Assembly (NCBI GenBank): GCA_963813815.1
Contig: CAWFAD010000013.1
Span: 1-57,661 of the forward strand
DNA length: 57,661 nt
Source: an uncultured bacterium
GTDB taxonomy: Bacteria; Krumholzibacteriota; Krumholzibacteriia; Krumholzibacteriales; Krumholzibacteriaceae
Reading direction: 5' to 3'
Each line of letters begins with the position of its first letter. The stretch's first letter is position 1. The position numbers and the translations under genes are program-made. Below the pieces are notes generated by a model. The model had not been told where the DNA came from. It made no database searches and was given only the letters and a program-made list of their open reading frames with translations. Below, piece by piece: positions 19,543-29,687 of the stretch.

Positions 19543-19568
19543 GAGCGGGGCGGGAGCAGCCTTTGGGG

Positions 19569-19597
19569 TTGCCCCCGCGCGTCGTAAGCCCTATTGT
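19569..19597 (+). promoter_or_regulatory. Candidate sigma-70 promoter for hutU
   Basis: TTGCCC, 17 nt, TATTGT upstream of a GGAGGTG RBS. Confidence 0.55.
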
Positions 19598-19632
19598 GAG
19601 TCAAAAAGATGCCTTCCGGAGGTGATGATTCC

Positions 19633-21288
19633 ATGCCGCAGAGAGTGATCAGAGCGCCGCGCGGAACGACCCGCTCGTGCAAGAGCTGGTTCACCGAGGC
19701 GCCCCTTCGCATGCTCATGAACAATCTCGATCCCGAGGTCGCGGAGCGCCCGGACGAGCTCGTCGTGTACGGCGGACGCGGAAAGGCCGCCCGGAACTGG
19801 GAGTGCTACGACCGCATCGTCGAAACCCTCCGCGGTCTCGAGAACGACGAGACGCTCCTCGTCCAGTCCGGCAAGCCCGTCGCCGTGTTCCGGACCCACG
19901 AGTGGGCGCCGCGCGTTCTCATCGCCAACTCGCTCCTCGTGCCGCGCTGGGCGACCTGGGAGAAATTCTGGGAGCTCGAGCGGCTGGGCCTGACCATGTA
20001 CGGCCAGATGACGGCCGGATCCTGGATGTACATCGGGACGCAGGGGATTCTGCAGGGCACCTTCGAAACCTTCGCCGAGTGCGCCCGCATGCATTTCGGC
20101 GGCACGCTCGCGGGAAGGCTCGTGCTCACGGCGGGTCTCGGCGGCATGGGCGGCGCCCAGCCGCTCGCCGTCACCATGAACGGCGGCGTCTGCCTCGCCG
20201 TGGAGGTCGATCCCGAGCGCATCGAGCGCCGTCTCGAGACCCGCTACTGCGACGAGATGGAGACCGATCTCGATCGGGCCCTCGAAAAGGCGCGCGCGGC
20301 CGTGAGGGAAAAACGGCCGTACTCGATCGGGCTCGCCGCCAACGCCGCCGATGTGTTCCCCGAGCTCGTCCGCCGCGGGGTCGTGCCCGACGTCGCAACG
20401 GACCAGACCTCCGCGCACGACGCCCTGAACGGCTACATTCCTCGCGGCTACGATCTCGCCGGCGCCGCGCGGCTCCGCCGCGACAACTCGGATCGCTACG
20501 TGAAGGAGGCGGTGGAGTCGATCGTTGTCCACGTTCAGGCGATGATCGATCTCCAGGCGCGCGGGGCGGTCGTCTTTGATTACGGCAACAACATCCGCGG
20601 GCAGGCGGAGAGGGGCGGGCTCGCGAACGCCTTCGCGTTCCCCGGCTTCGTTCCGGCGTTCATCCGTCCGATGTTCTGCATCGGAAAGGGCCCCTTCCGC
20701 TGGATCGCCCTCTCCGGCGATCCGAAAGACATACGGCGCACCGACGATCTGGCGCTCGAGCTCTTTCCCCGCAACGAATCGCTCTGCCGATGGATTCGAC
20801 TGGCGCGCGAGAAGGTGCAGTTCCAGGGCCTTCCGGCCCGCATCTGCTGGCTCGCGCACGGCGAGCGGGAGGAGTTCGGTCTCGCCATGAACGACCTCGT
20901 GGGAAAGGGCGAGATCTCGGCGCCCATCGTGATCGGACGCGATCATCTCGACTCCGGTTCCGTCGCCTCGCCCTATCGGGAGACGGAGGCCATGCGCGAC
21001 GGCAGCGACGCGATCGCCGACTGGCCGATCCTGAACGCGCTGCTCAATACGGCCTCGGGGGCGGCGTGGGTTTCCGTGCACCACGGAGGGGGGGTCGGCA
21101 TGGGGCTCTCGATACACGCCGGGCTCGGCGTCGTGGCCGACGGAAGCTCCCTTGCGCGCGAAAAAACGGCCCGATGTCTGGCGAATGACCCTGGCACAGG
21201 TATTGCAAGACACGCCGATGCCGGCTACGAGATAGCCGTTGAAAAAGCGAAAGATGCAGGGCTTCACATCCCCATGCTCGGAAAATGA
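19633..21288 (+). CDS. hutU: Urocanate hydratase
   Basis: [66 protein letters not shown]. Confidence 0.97.
   Translation: MPQRVIRAPRGTTRSCKSWFTEAPLRMLMNNLDPEVAERPDELVVYGGRGKAARNWECYDRIVETLRGLENDETLLVQSGKPVAVFRTHEWAPRVLIANSLLVPRWATWEKFWELERLGLTMYGQMTAGSWMYIGTQGILQGTFETFAECARMHFGGTLAGRLVLTAGLGGMGGAQPLAVTMNGGVCLAVEVDPERIERRLETRYCDEMETDLDRALEKARAAVREKRPYSIGLAANAADVFPELVRRGVVPDVATDQTSAHDALNGYIPRGYDLAGAARLRRDNSDRYVKEAVESIVVHVQAMIDLQARGAVVFDYGNNIRGQAERGGLANAFAFPGFVPAFIRPMFCIGKGPFRWIALSGDPKDIRRTDDLALELFPRNESLCRWIRLAREKVQFQGLPARICWLAHGEREEFGLAMNDLVGKGEISAPIVIGRDHLDSGSVASPYRETEAMRDGSDAIADWPILNALLNTASGAAWVSVHHGGGVGMGLSIHAGLGVVADGSSLAREKTARCLANDPGTGIARHADAGYEIAVEKAKDAGLHIPMLGK
21192..21207 (+). promoter_or_regulatory. 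Sigma-54 (-24/-12) promoter embedded in the 3' end of hutU
   Basis: TGGCAC-AGGTA-TTGCA, exact consensus spacing, written in atypical A/T-ending codons. Confidence 0.65.
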
Positions 21289-21382
21289 GACGATCCGCGA
21301 CGCGGGACGATGAGGCCTATTCGACTCGAGCCGGCCGCGCAACGCTTGCAGTTTGAGCAGCTTTCAGGCTGGCTTGTTATAG

Positions 21383-22699
21383 ATGCGTAAGGAGAGGCGC
21401 TTGCCCCGGAAGCACGACTTCTTGCTGTACGGCGCCGGACAGCTCTTGACCTGCTCGAGCCCCGAAGGGGGTCCGAAGCGTGGCAAAAGTCTATCCGACC
21501 CCGGCATTGTGAACGATGGGGCGATAGCCGTTTCCGGAGGAACGATCAGCGCCGTGGGTTCCCGCGCCGAGGTCGAGCGGATCGCCGGCTCGTCGCGCGT
21601 CGAGAGAACGCTCGACGCGGGCGGGCGGGTCGTCATGCCCGGCTGGGTCGATCCTCACACGCACGCGGTTTTCTCGCGGTATCGGGCGGACGAGTACGAG
21701 GCGCGCATCCGCGGCGAGGGATACCTCGAGATCGAGCGTCGCGGCGGCGGCATCAAGCGAACGGTCCGCGAGGTGCGCGAGATGAGCGAAGAGCGCCTCT
21801 TCGAGGTGAGTCGGCGCCGCCTCTCGAAGATTCTCGAGGGAGGCACGACGACGATCGAGATCAAGAGCGGGTACGGGCTCGACCTCGAGAGCGAGCTCAA
21901 GATGCTTCGCGTCATCGCCCGTCTTGGGCGCGAGCTTCCTCTCGACGTCGTGCCGACCTTCATGGGAGCGCACCAGAAGCCGCCCGAATCCGGGGGCGGG
22001 AAGGATTACGTCGGGACCGTGATCGACGAGATGATCCCCGCCGTCGCCCGCGAGGGGCTCGCCGAGTTCGTCGACGTGTTCTGCGAGCGCGGCGTGTTCA
22101 GTCTCGAGGAGACCGAGTCGATACTCGTCGCGGCGCGGGCGCACGGCCTCGGCCTCAAGCTGCACGCCGACGAGATCACGCCTCTCGGCGGCGCCGAGCT
22201 CGCGGCGCGCCTCGGCGCCCTGTCCGCCGAGCACCTCGTCAAAATATCGGCGGCGGGCATCGAAGCGCTCGCCTCGTGCGGCACGATCGCCGTGCTGCTT
22301 CCCGGCACGACCTTCGGCCTCGGCTCCCGCCAGTTCGCTCCGGCGCGCGAGATGATCGACCGCGGGGTCGCCGTGGCGCTCGCGACGGACTTCAATCCGG
22401 GAAGCGCCCCGTCATGCTCGATGCCGTTCACGGTCGCCGTCGCCTGCTCGCAGATGCGGATGACGCCGGCCGAGGCCGTGAACGCGGCGACGATCAACGC
22501 GGCCTGCGCCATCGGACGGGGCGGCCTGGTGGGTTCGCTCGAGAAGGGCAAGCAGGCGGATTTCGTGATCTACGACGTCGAGGACTATCGCGAGATTCCG
22601 TCGCGCGCGGGAACGAACCACGCCGTCACCGTCGTCAAGGCGGGAGAGGTCGCGTGGCGGCATCCCTCGTTCGAGGCGGCAAGCGAGGTCGGATTGTGA
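21383..22699 (+). CDS. hutI: Imidazolonepropionase
   Basis: PGWVDPHTH, GTTTIEIKSGYGL, DVFCE, LHADE, ATDFNPG. Confidence 0.95.
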   Translation: MRKERRLPRKHDFLLYGAGQLLTCSSPEGGPKRGKSLSDPGIVNDGAIAVSGGTISAVGSRAEVERIAGSSRVERTLDAGGRVVMPGWVDPHTHAVFSRYRADEYEARIRGEGYLEIERRGGGIKRTVREVREMSEERLFEVSRRRLSKILEGGTTTIEIKSGYGLDLESELKMLRVIARLGRELPLDVVPTFMGAHQKPPESGGGKDYVGTVIDEMIPAVAREGLAEFVDVFCERGVFSLEETESILVAARAHGLGLKLHADEITPLGGAELAARLGALSAEHLVKISAAGIEALASCGTIAVLLPGTTFGLGSRQFAPAREMIDRGVAVALATDFNPGSAPSCSMPFTVAVACSQMRMTPAEAVNAATINAACAIGRGGLVGSLEKGKQADFVIYDVEDYREIPSRAGTNHAVTVVKAGEVAWRHPSFEAASEVGL

Positions 22700-24192
22700 G
22701 CAAGGCGAGCCAGATACGCCAGAAGGCGCAGGAGCTCCTCCAGAAGGGCCAGGTGGACAAGGCCATTCAGGAGTATCGCCGCCTCATCACGATCGAGTCG
22801 AAGAATCCGAATCTCTACAACGAGCTCGGAGATATCTACCTTCGCGCGAGCGACCGGGAACAGGCGGTGCAGAGCTACGAGAAGGCCGCCGTCATCTACG
22901 AGAAAGTCGCTCTCTACAACAACGCCGTGGCCGTGTGCAAGAAGATCCTCCGCGTGAATCCGGAGAAGACCGAAACGATCATGAAGCTCGCCGAGCTGCG
23001 CGCGAAGCAGAAGCTCGAGGGGGAGGCCGTTTCGTTCTTCTCGCAATACGTCGAGTCCGTTCTCGCGGGCCCGACGACCCTCCTGCAGCGCTCGCAGCGG
23101 GACGTCGAACGCATGATCGAGCTCTTGCCCGCGAACGAGGCGGTTCTCGCGAAGGCCGTGGAGATTTACGAGCAGCTCGGCATGAAGATCAAGACGATCG
23201 ATCTCTACCGCAAGCTCGCCGCGATCGCCAAGACCGGCGGCAACGCGGGCAAACGCGCTCAGTGCCAGCGGGAGATCGAGAAGATCAAATCAAGCCTCAC
23301 GGCGGAGGAGGCCTCCCAAGTAGCGGAGGCGGAGTCCTCGGCCGACGCCGGCGCGGTCGTTTCCCCGGACGGGGCGTCGGCGGAAGCCGGCGAACCGGCC
23401 GTCGACGAAGTCTTCCGCGAGGAGGACACCGCGATGCAATCGTCCTCGGCGGATGCCCCCGCCGCTCCGGACGCGGAAGCCGGGTCGGACGCCGAAGCCG
23501 AGACGGAAACGGAACCGGACGCCGGAGCCGAGACGGAAGCCGAGGCGCAGGAGGGCGATGAAACCGCGCCGGCCCCCGCTGCGGGCTCCATGAGCTCCGT
23601 GTGCGAAGGCCTCGTCCACGGCGCGGGTTACCGCGGAGCCGCGGAGAGCGGCGCCCCTTCCGCGAGAGAGAGCGAGCCTTCGCCTCCGGCCGCCGCGGCG
23701 CCGGAGGCCGTCGAAGAGCCTCCCGAGCCGCCGGCTGCGCGCGCCCCCGAGAATCCGCCGCCCCCGGCCGATTCGTCCGAATCGGACGATCTCGTCGAAG
23801 AGATCACGAGCGACGTCGAGAGGGACGATCTGCGCAGCCACTACGATCTCGGCATGGCGTATCTCGAGATGGGCCTCTACACCGACTCGATCAGGGATTT
23901 TCAGATCGCCTCGCGCTGCCCCGATCTGCAGCTCAGCTCCATGGAGATGATCGGCTACTGCTTCCTCAAGAGCGGGCAGGCCCGGCTCGCCGTCAAACAG
24001 CTCCAGCGCGCTCTCGAGATCGCGGGCGAGACCGGCGCCGATTCGCTCGGCATCCACTACAATCTCGGCCTCGCGTTCGAGATGGTCGGCGAGGATGCCC
24101 GCGCCCGCGAGCAGTTCGAAGAAGTGTACATCATCGATATGAGCTTCCGCGAAGTCGCGGAGAAGATGAAGAAGCTCAGCACGGTTTCCTGA
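22696..24192 (+). CDS. TPR protein with acidic linker, SgmX/Bd2492-like type IV pilus regulator
   Basis: N-terminal TPRs (LQKGQVDKAIQEY...ELGDIY...AVAVCKKIL), long E/A/P-rich linker, C-terminal TPRs SHYDLGMAYLEMGL and HYNLGLAFE; GTGA overlap with hutI. Confidence 0.75.
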   Translation: MSKASQIRQKAQELLQKGQVDKAIQEYRRLITIESKNPNLYNELGDIYLRASDREQAVQSYEKAAVIYEKVALYNNAVAVCKKILRVNPEKTETIMKLAELRAKQKLEGEAVSFFSQYVESVLAGPTTLLQRSQRDVERMIELLPANEAVLAKAVEIYEQLGMKIKTIDLYRKLAAIAKTGGNAGKRAQCQREIEKIKSSLTAEEASQVAEAESSADAGAVVSPDGASAEAGEPAVDEVFREEDTAMQSSSADAPAAPDAEAGSDAEAETETEPDAGAETEAEAQEGDETAPAPAAGSMSSVCEGLVHGAGYRGAAESGAPSARESEPSPPAAAAPEAVEEPPEPPAARAPENPPPPADSSESDDLVEEITSDVERDDLRSHYDLGMAYLEMGLYTDSIRDFQIASRCPDLQLSSMEMIGYCFLKSGQARLAVKQLQRALEIAGETGADSLGIHYNLGLAFEMVGEDARAREQFEEVYIIDMSFREVAEKMKKLSTVS

Positions 24193-24202
24193 GCGGTTCA
24201 CG

Positions 24203-25051
24203 ATGGAAGCACCGAGAGGCCCCTGCGATCTCCACCTCCACTCGTACTATTCCGACGGGACGATGTCGCCCGATGAGCTCGTGGGCTTCGCGGCGTCGAT
24301 CGGGCTCCCGGCCGTTTCCATCACCGATCACGACACGATGAACGGCCAGGCCGAGGCTCTCGACGCCGGGGCGCGGTACGGGATCGAAGTCGTGACGGGG
24401 ATCGAGCTCAGCATCGAGGATGGCGGGGCGAGCTTTCACATTCTCGGATACTGCATCGATCACACGAACGGACCTCTCTGCGAGGGGCTCGCCGCGCTCG
24501 CCGCCCGGCGGATCGAGCGCGCGCGGGAGGTCGTTCGCCTGCTCGCGGAGCGGGATATGGCGATCCCCTTCGAGGACGTTCTGGCGGAGGCGGGGAAGGG
24601 GAGCGTGGGCAGACCGCACATCGCGCGCCTGCTTCACCGGCGGGGGTTCGTCGGGAGCGTGGGAGAGGCCTTTTCCCGCTGGATCGCGGACGGCGCCCCC
24701 TGCAACGTGCCGAAGGAGGTTCTTCCCCTCGGCGAGGTTGTGCGTCTCATCGCCGGCGCAGGAGGCGTCGCCGTTTGGGCGCATCCGGGGGCGAACGTGA
24801 GGAGGGCCGATCTCCTCGACCGGTTCGTCGCGGCGGGCGTGCGGGGGCTCGAAGCGTGGCACCCGAACCATTCGGAGTCGATCGTCGGGGCGATAGCGGC
24901 CGCGGCCCGCGATCGCGGCCTCGTCATGACGGGGGGCTCCGATTTTCATTTCGCCGAGATGATGCAGGCCGATATCGGCGAGATCGGCGCGCCCTACGCG
25001 AGCCTCGCCGCGCTGCGGCGGGAGGCCGCCGCCGGTCCACATTTGCCTTGA
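24203..25051 (+). CDS. PHP-domain phosphoesterase (TrpH/YciV family)
   Basis: DLHLHSYYSDG, ITDHD, GIELS, HILGY, GRPHIA, AHP, GGSDFH. Confidence 0.9.
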   Translation: MEAPRGPCDLHLHSYYSDGTMSPDELVGFAASIGLPAVSITDHDTMNGQAEALDAGARYGIEVVTGIELSIEDGGASFHILGYCIDHTNGPLCEGLAALAARRIERAREVVRLLAERDMAIPFEDVLAEAGKGSVGRPHIARLLHRRGFVGSVGEAFSRWIADGAPCNVPKEVLPLGEVVRLIAGAGGVAVWAHPGANVRRADLLDRFVAAGVRGLEAWHPNHSESIVGAIAAAARDRGLVMTGGSDFHFAEMMQADIGEIGAPYASLAALRREAAAGPHLP

Positions 25052-25148
25052 CCCTCTTCCGAGCGCTCCCGTACAGTCCCGGTGGCGCCGGTTATCCGCG
25101 GCCGGCGGTCAGTCGCGGACCGCCGCTGCGCCGGAGCGAATCCCTCAT

Positions 25149-25706
25149 ATGATCGAGCATCGAACACTGCAACGCCGCGTCATTCTCGCCTCGCTCTTCA
25201 CCGCCGTCGGCATCGCGGCCGGCCGCCTCATGGCGGGAGTTCCGAACGTCGAGTTCATGACGCTCGTCGTGTTTCTCGGCGGCGCTTTCTGCGGAGCGCG
25301 CGCCGGAGCCGCGATCGGCTCGCTCGTCATGCTCGCGCACTCGCTCCTGAATCCCCTCGGGCCCGCGCCCCCGCCGCTGCTCCTCGCCCAGGTGGCCGGG
25401 TACGCGGCCGCCGGGCTCGCCGGCGGCTTTTTCGTGCGCGGTCTCCGGCTCTCGGGACCGTGGGGCGTCCTCGCGGGCGCAGCGGCCGGATTCGCCGTCA
25501 CCGTCGTCTATGACGCGCTCACCACGCTCGCCACGGCGTTCGTCGCTCTCGGCGCGGCCGGTTTCAGGGAGGGGCTCGGCGGGATCGTCGTCGCGGGGAT
25601 CGTGTTCAGCGCGATCCACGTCGGCGTGAATACCGCGCTCTTCGCGGTCGCCGTACCTCCGATCCTCGCGACGGGCCGGGCGGCGCGGACGGGGGAGGCC
25701 GCATGA
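25149..25706 (+). CDS. ECF transporter S-component (CbrT-like)
   Basis: 185 aa, about 5-6 hydrophobic helices, GRL...VPNVE motif and GAxxG pattern. Confidence 0.65.
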   Translation: MIEHRTLQRRVILASLFTAVGIAAGRLMAGVPNVEFMTLVVFLGGAFCGARAGAAIGSLVMLAHSLLNPLGPAPPPLLLAQVAGYAAAGLAGGFFVRGLRLSGPWGVLAGAAAGFAVTVVYDALTTLATAFVALGAAGFREGLGGIVVAGIVFSAIHVGVNTALFAVAVPPILATGRAARTGEAA

Positions 25707-27520
25707 TGAATCGAACGGCGGGGGCGGCGCGCCTCGCCGCCGCGTGCCTGGCCGCGCTCGCCGCGGCCGCGGCGAGCGGCGCGCCGGATCCGTGCCTCGC
25801 CGCGGCGGGCGGATCGATGGCCGCGGACACCCTTCTCATGCCGACCGAGGCGTTCGTTCTCATGCGGAGCGATCTCGCGAGCCTCAACATTCATACGCTC
25901 GACGATGTTCTCGCTCTCGTTCCCGGCGTGAACCGCTGGCGCGAGGGCACGGCGGGAGCCTACACGGGCTTTTCCGTCGAGGGACGGAGCTCGAGAGGCG
26001 TCAACCTCTTCGTGAATGGATATCCCGTCGTCGATCCGTACCGTCTCGAGGCGCTCGTGAGGTTCCTGCCCCTCTCGCGTCTCGAGAGGGTCGAGGTCCT
26101 CTACAGCGGCTCTCCGGCGTTCACCGGGGATCTATCGTCCCGCGGCGCGGTCAATCTCGTCATCGAGGAGGGGGGCCGCGAGGCCCCCGCGTCGCGTCTC
26201 AACTTCACGTACGGGGAAGCGAGGCGGCGCGCGCGGCGCGCGTGGTTCGCCACGCCGGACGCGCACATCGGCGGCGTTCTCGCGTACGATGAGTATCTGC
26301 AGGACGGGATCGAGTGCGTTCCGGCCCTGCCCGGCCGCGTCGTCGGAAAGTACGATTGCCGCTCGGTCCTGGCCGAGCTCTTCTTCAAGCCGGCCCCGGC
26401 GGAGAACGTTCTCGTCCGGTTCCAGCGGTACGAGGACACCTCGGTGGGGACGATTCTCGGCTCGCAGGAGGACGTTCGGTGGTCCGGGTTCGCCTCGCTC
26501 GTATCGTACCGGCGGCCGTCACTCGAGGTCTCCGTGCGCCAGAGCGTGTTGAGGCTGCACCGGTTTTCCACGGATCTCGACGCGGCCGCCGTCGCCGCAT
26601 CGGCCCGCTGGTCGGGATCCGCCGGCCCCGTCGGCGCGCGCGTCTTCGCGACGGCGGAAGAAGCGCGGTTCGAGAACGAAATCGGGGGGGCGGCGTTCAG
26701 CCCGTCGTTCGGCCGCTTCGAGGGCGGGACGGCCATCGGGGGCGCTCTTCCCTCGGGCGTCAAATGGCGTCTCGGCGCGTGGGGCGGTTACCACGGCGAG
26801 GTCGGGGAGTACAGCGGGGGAGAGATGGCGCTCGCGAAGTCGTGGAGCCCGCGCGTGTCGCAGGACCTCGTGATCGCCCGGCGGCTCCGGCTGCCGTCGG
26901 CCGAGGAGCTCTACCTTCCCGGAATGGTGCTCGTCTCGGGCGGCGACACGCTGGCGATCGCGGGAAACGCGGACCTCGCTCCCGAGATCTCGGACGAGAT
27001 CTCGCTCGGGCTGCGCGTCCCGCACGTGTCGCTCGCGTTCTTCGGCAGGAGCGAATCGTCCCGCATCCTCCTCGCGGGGGGCGAGAGCGCGGCGTACGGT
27101 CCCGCCGGGAGCGATCTCGTCGCCGGCGCCCGCGGTCGAGCCGACGCCGCATGGAAGGTGCTCGGCTTCGATTGCGCGCTCTCGCTCGGAGGGGAAGGGT
27201 ACGCCGAGCGGGAGGCTCTCGCGAGCGGCGTTCCCGAATACCGGATTCTCGGCGAGTTCGGCCTCGGCCGGCGCCTCTTCGACGGCAAGGAGCTCCTCAC
27301 GGCCGGCATCTCCGCCGAGCTCGCCGGCAGGCGGGCGTGGCCGGACGAAACCCTTCCCGTCTACCGCGTGCTCGATTTCAAATCGTCCCTCACGATTATG
27401 AGCGCGCGCGTGAGCTTCGAGATGCGCAACCTGCTCGACGAGCAGTACGAGACCGTCCCGGGATTCACGATGCCGGGCCGGCACTACACGATCGGCGTCT
27501 TTTGGGAGCTCTCCGACTGA
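25703..27520 (+). CDS. TonB-dependent receptor-like protein (BtuB-like plug, small barrel)
   Basis: Plug motifs LDDVLALVPGV, LFVNGYP, LERVEVLY, GAVNLV; C-terminal NLLDEQYETVPGFTMPGRHYTIGVFW. Confidence 0.8.
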   Translation: MMNRTAGAARLAAACLAALAAAAASGAPDPCLAAAGGSMAADTLLMPTEAFVLMRSDLASLNIHTLDDVLALVPGVNRWREGTAGAYTGFSVEGRSSRGVNLFVNGYPVVDPYRLEALVRFLPLSRLERVEVLYSGSPAFTGDLSSRGAVNLVIEEGGREAPASRLNFTYGEARRRARRAWFATPDAHIGGVLAYDEYLQDGIECVPALPGRVVGKYDCRSVLAELFFKPAPAENVLVRFQRYEDTSVGTILGSQEDVRWSGFASLVSYRRPSLEVSVRQSVLRLHRFSTDLDAAAVAASARWSGSAGPVGARVFATAEEARFENEIGGAAFSPSFGRFEGGTAIGGALPSGVKWRLGAWGGYHGEVGEYSGGEMALAKSWSPRVSQDLVIARRLRLPSAEELYLPGMVLVSGGDTLAIAGNADLAPEISDEISLGLRVPHVSLAFFGRSESSRILLAGGESAAYGPAGSDLVAGARGRADAAWKVLGFDCALSLGGEGYAEREALASGVPEYRILGEFGLGRRLFDGKELLTAGISAELAGRRAWPDETLPVYRVLDFKSSLTIMSARVSFEMRNLLDEQYETVPGFTMPGRHYTIGVFWELSD

Positions 27521-27818
27521 GATCGCTTCCTTTCCGCCTCCCCCTGCGCTGACAGGAAATCTGGCAACGGGCGACCGGTTTTCCACGGGCGAAACGGTCC
27601 GGCGGGGGCGCCGAGGGAGTTCTTGCATTGTGCAAGCGGCCTCGCAAGGTGCATGTCGCGGGCGTCCTCGCGCGGGCGGAAGGATCGTTCCCGCCCCGAT
27701 CGAGCTACCGAATCGTATCTGCATAAAACTATGATGGTTCTCCGCCGGGGCCGTCATCCGTCCCGGATCGCTGGATGAAATTCCCGCGAGGCGCGACGGC
27801 TCGATTTATCCCTTCGAA

Positions 27819-27863
27819 TTTCAAGCCGTTAGCCCATACGGGCTTATGTGGCATGCCTTTTGC
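27819..27863 (+). promoter_or_regulatory. IHF-like site plus sigma-54 promoter upstream of pilB
   Basis: TTTCAA-gccg-TTA (27819-27831) resembles WATCAAnnnnTTR; TGGCAT-GCCTT-TTGC at 27849-27863. Confidence 0.7.
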
Positions 27864-27987
27864 CGTTCAGCCTCATTCGCTGAGGGAGTTGCATCGAATC
27901 CAGCCGAAGAAGATGGGTCCGCGCGGACTCTCTGGTTGGGTATTTGCATAACTGTACCGGAAAGCCGGACATTGGTCGGAGGGCTCC

Positions 27988-29666
27988 TTGAAAGATAAAA
28001 TCGCCAATCAGCTCGTTGAATCCGCTCTCATCAGCCAGGCCCAGCTCGAGATAGCCCTGTCGGAACAAACCAAGACGGGAGGCAGTCTCGGCTACAATCT
28101 CGTCAAGACGGGGGCGATATCCGAGAAGGCCTTTTCCGAATTCCTCTCGCAGACGTATCAGGTGGCCTCGGTCGAGCTCGACGACGTCGAGCCCGACGAG
28201 CATTCGGTGGAGCTCATTCCGTCGGAGGTCGCCCAGAAGTTTCAGGTCGTGCCCATCAAGCGCGAGGGGCGCGTCCTGACCGTGGCGATGGCCAATCCCG
28301 ACAACATATTCGCTATCGACGACATCAAGTTCATCACGGGCCTCGACGTTTGTCCCGTCGTGGCGACGGAGACGGCGATCAAGCGCGCGATCGACCGATT
28401 CTACGAGTCGGCCGATTCGCTCGCCGAGGTGATGAAGGACATACAGGACGATTTCGAGATCGTCGAGGAGATGGACGACGACTCGGGGCTCGCCGAAGCG
28501 CAGAGCGAGGACGCCCCGGTCGTCAAGCTCGTCAACTCGCTCATCGCGGACGCGGTGAACAAGGGCGCGAGCGACATTCACGTCGAGCCGTTCGAGAAGA
28601 AGCTCCGCGTGCGCTACCGCATCGACGGCGTTCTCCACGAGATGATGTCGCCGCCGATCAAGATGAAGGGCGCCATCACCTCGCGTCTCAAGATCATGGC
28701 CGAGCTCGACATCGCCGAGAAGCGCGTGCCGCAGGACGGCCGCATCAAGATCCGCGATCGGCAACAAGAAGATCGATCTCCGCGTGAGCTCGCTCCCGAC
28801 GATCTTCGGCGAGAAGATCGTGATGCGAATCCTCGACAAGACCAACCTGCAGATCGATCTCGACGAAGCTCGGCTTTCACCCCGAGGCTCTCCAGAAGCT
28901 CGTGCGCGGGATCGAGATGCCCTACGGGATGGTGCTCGTCACCGGCCCGACCGGCAGCGGCAAAACGACGACCCTCTACTCGGCCCTCAACAAGATCAAC
29001 CTTCCCGAGTACAACATCATGACCGCCGAGGACCCGGTCGAGTACAACATCGACGGCATCAACCAGGTGAACATGCACGAGGAGATCGGACTCACGTTCG
29101 CGGCCGCCCTCAAGGCCTTCCTCCGCCAGGATCCGAACATCATCATGGTGGGCGAGATCCGCGACCTCGAGACGGCCTCGATCGCCGTCAAGGCGGCGCT
29201 CACCGGCCATCTCGTGCTCTCCACGCTCCACACGAACGACGCGCCGAGCACGATCAACCGAATGATCGACATGGGCATCGAGCCCTTCCTCGTCGCGAGC
29301 TCGGTGAACGTCATCATGGCGCAGCGGCTCGTCCGGCGTCTGTGCCAGAAATGCAAGAAGAAGGAGAAGATCCATCCGGAGGCCCTTCGGGAGCTCGGCA
29401 TTCCCTCGAGCGAGCCCTTCGATATCTACAAGCAGGAAGGGTGTCCCTCCTGTAGCAACACCGGCTACTCGGGGAGAACGGGTCTCTACGAGGTCATGCC
29501 GATTTCGGACACGATCAGGGAAATGATTCTCAACCGCTCCTCGTCGACCGAGATCAAGGAACAGGCCGTGCGCGAGGGCATGAGCACGCTCCGCGGCGAC
29601 GGCATTCTCAAGCTGAAGAACGGCATGACCTCCCTCGAGGAAGTGCTGCGCGAATCGGCGGCGTAA
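27988..29666 (+). CDS. pilB: Type IV pilus extension ATPase PilB, split by two +1 frameshifts (about 28756 and about 28865), probably sequencing errors
   Basis: Three consecutive frames join into one PilB: ASDIHVEP...PQDGRIKI / [21 protein letters not shown] / [11 protein letters not shown]...LRQDP...LHTND, with two CxxC motifs. Confidence 0.9.
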
Positions 29667-29687
29667 GCGCCGCAAGGAGTACGTGCC

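Noticed and set aside
23470..23560. Repeated gccgagacggaa / gacgcc units as a CRISPR or other DNA repeat
   Set aside because: Short imperfect in-frame repeats encoding the acidic linker (AETE, PDA) of the TPR protein; no spacer structure
25052..25148. Cobalamin riboswitch before the S-component
   Set aside because: Gap is under 100 nt; only a simple GC hairpin and no B12-box motifs
27560..27620. c-di-GMP-I (GEMM) riboswitch upstream of pilB
   Set aside because: GGGCGAAAC looks suggestive, but the GNRA/receptor and GCAAAG core motifs could not be matched
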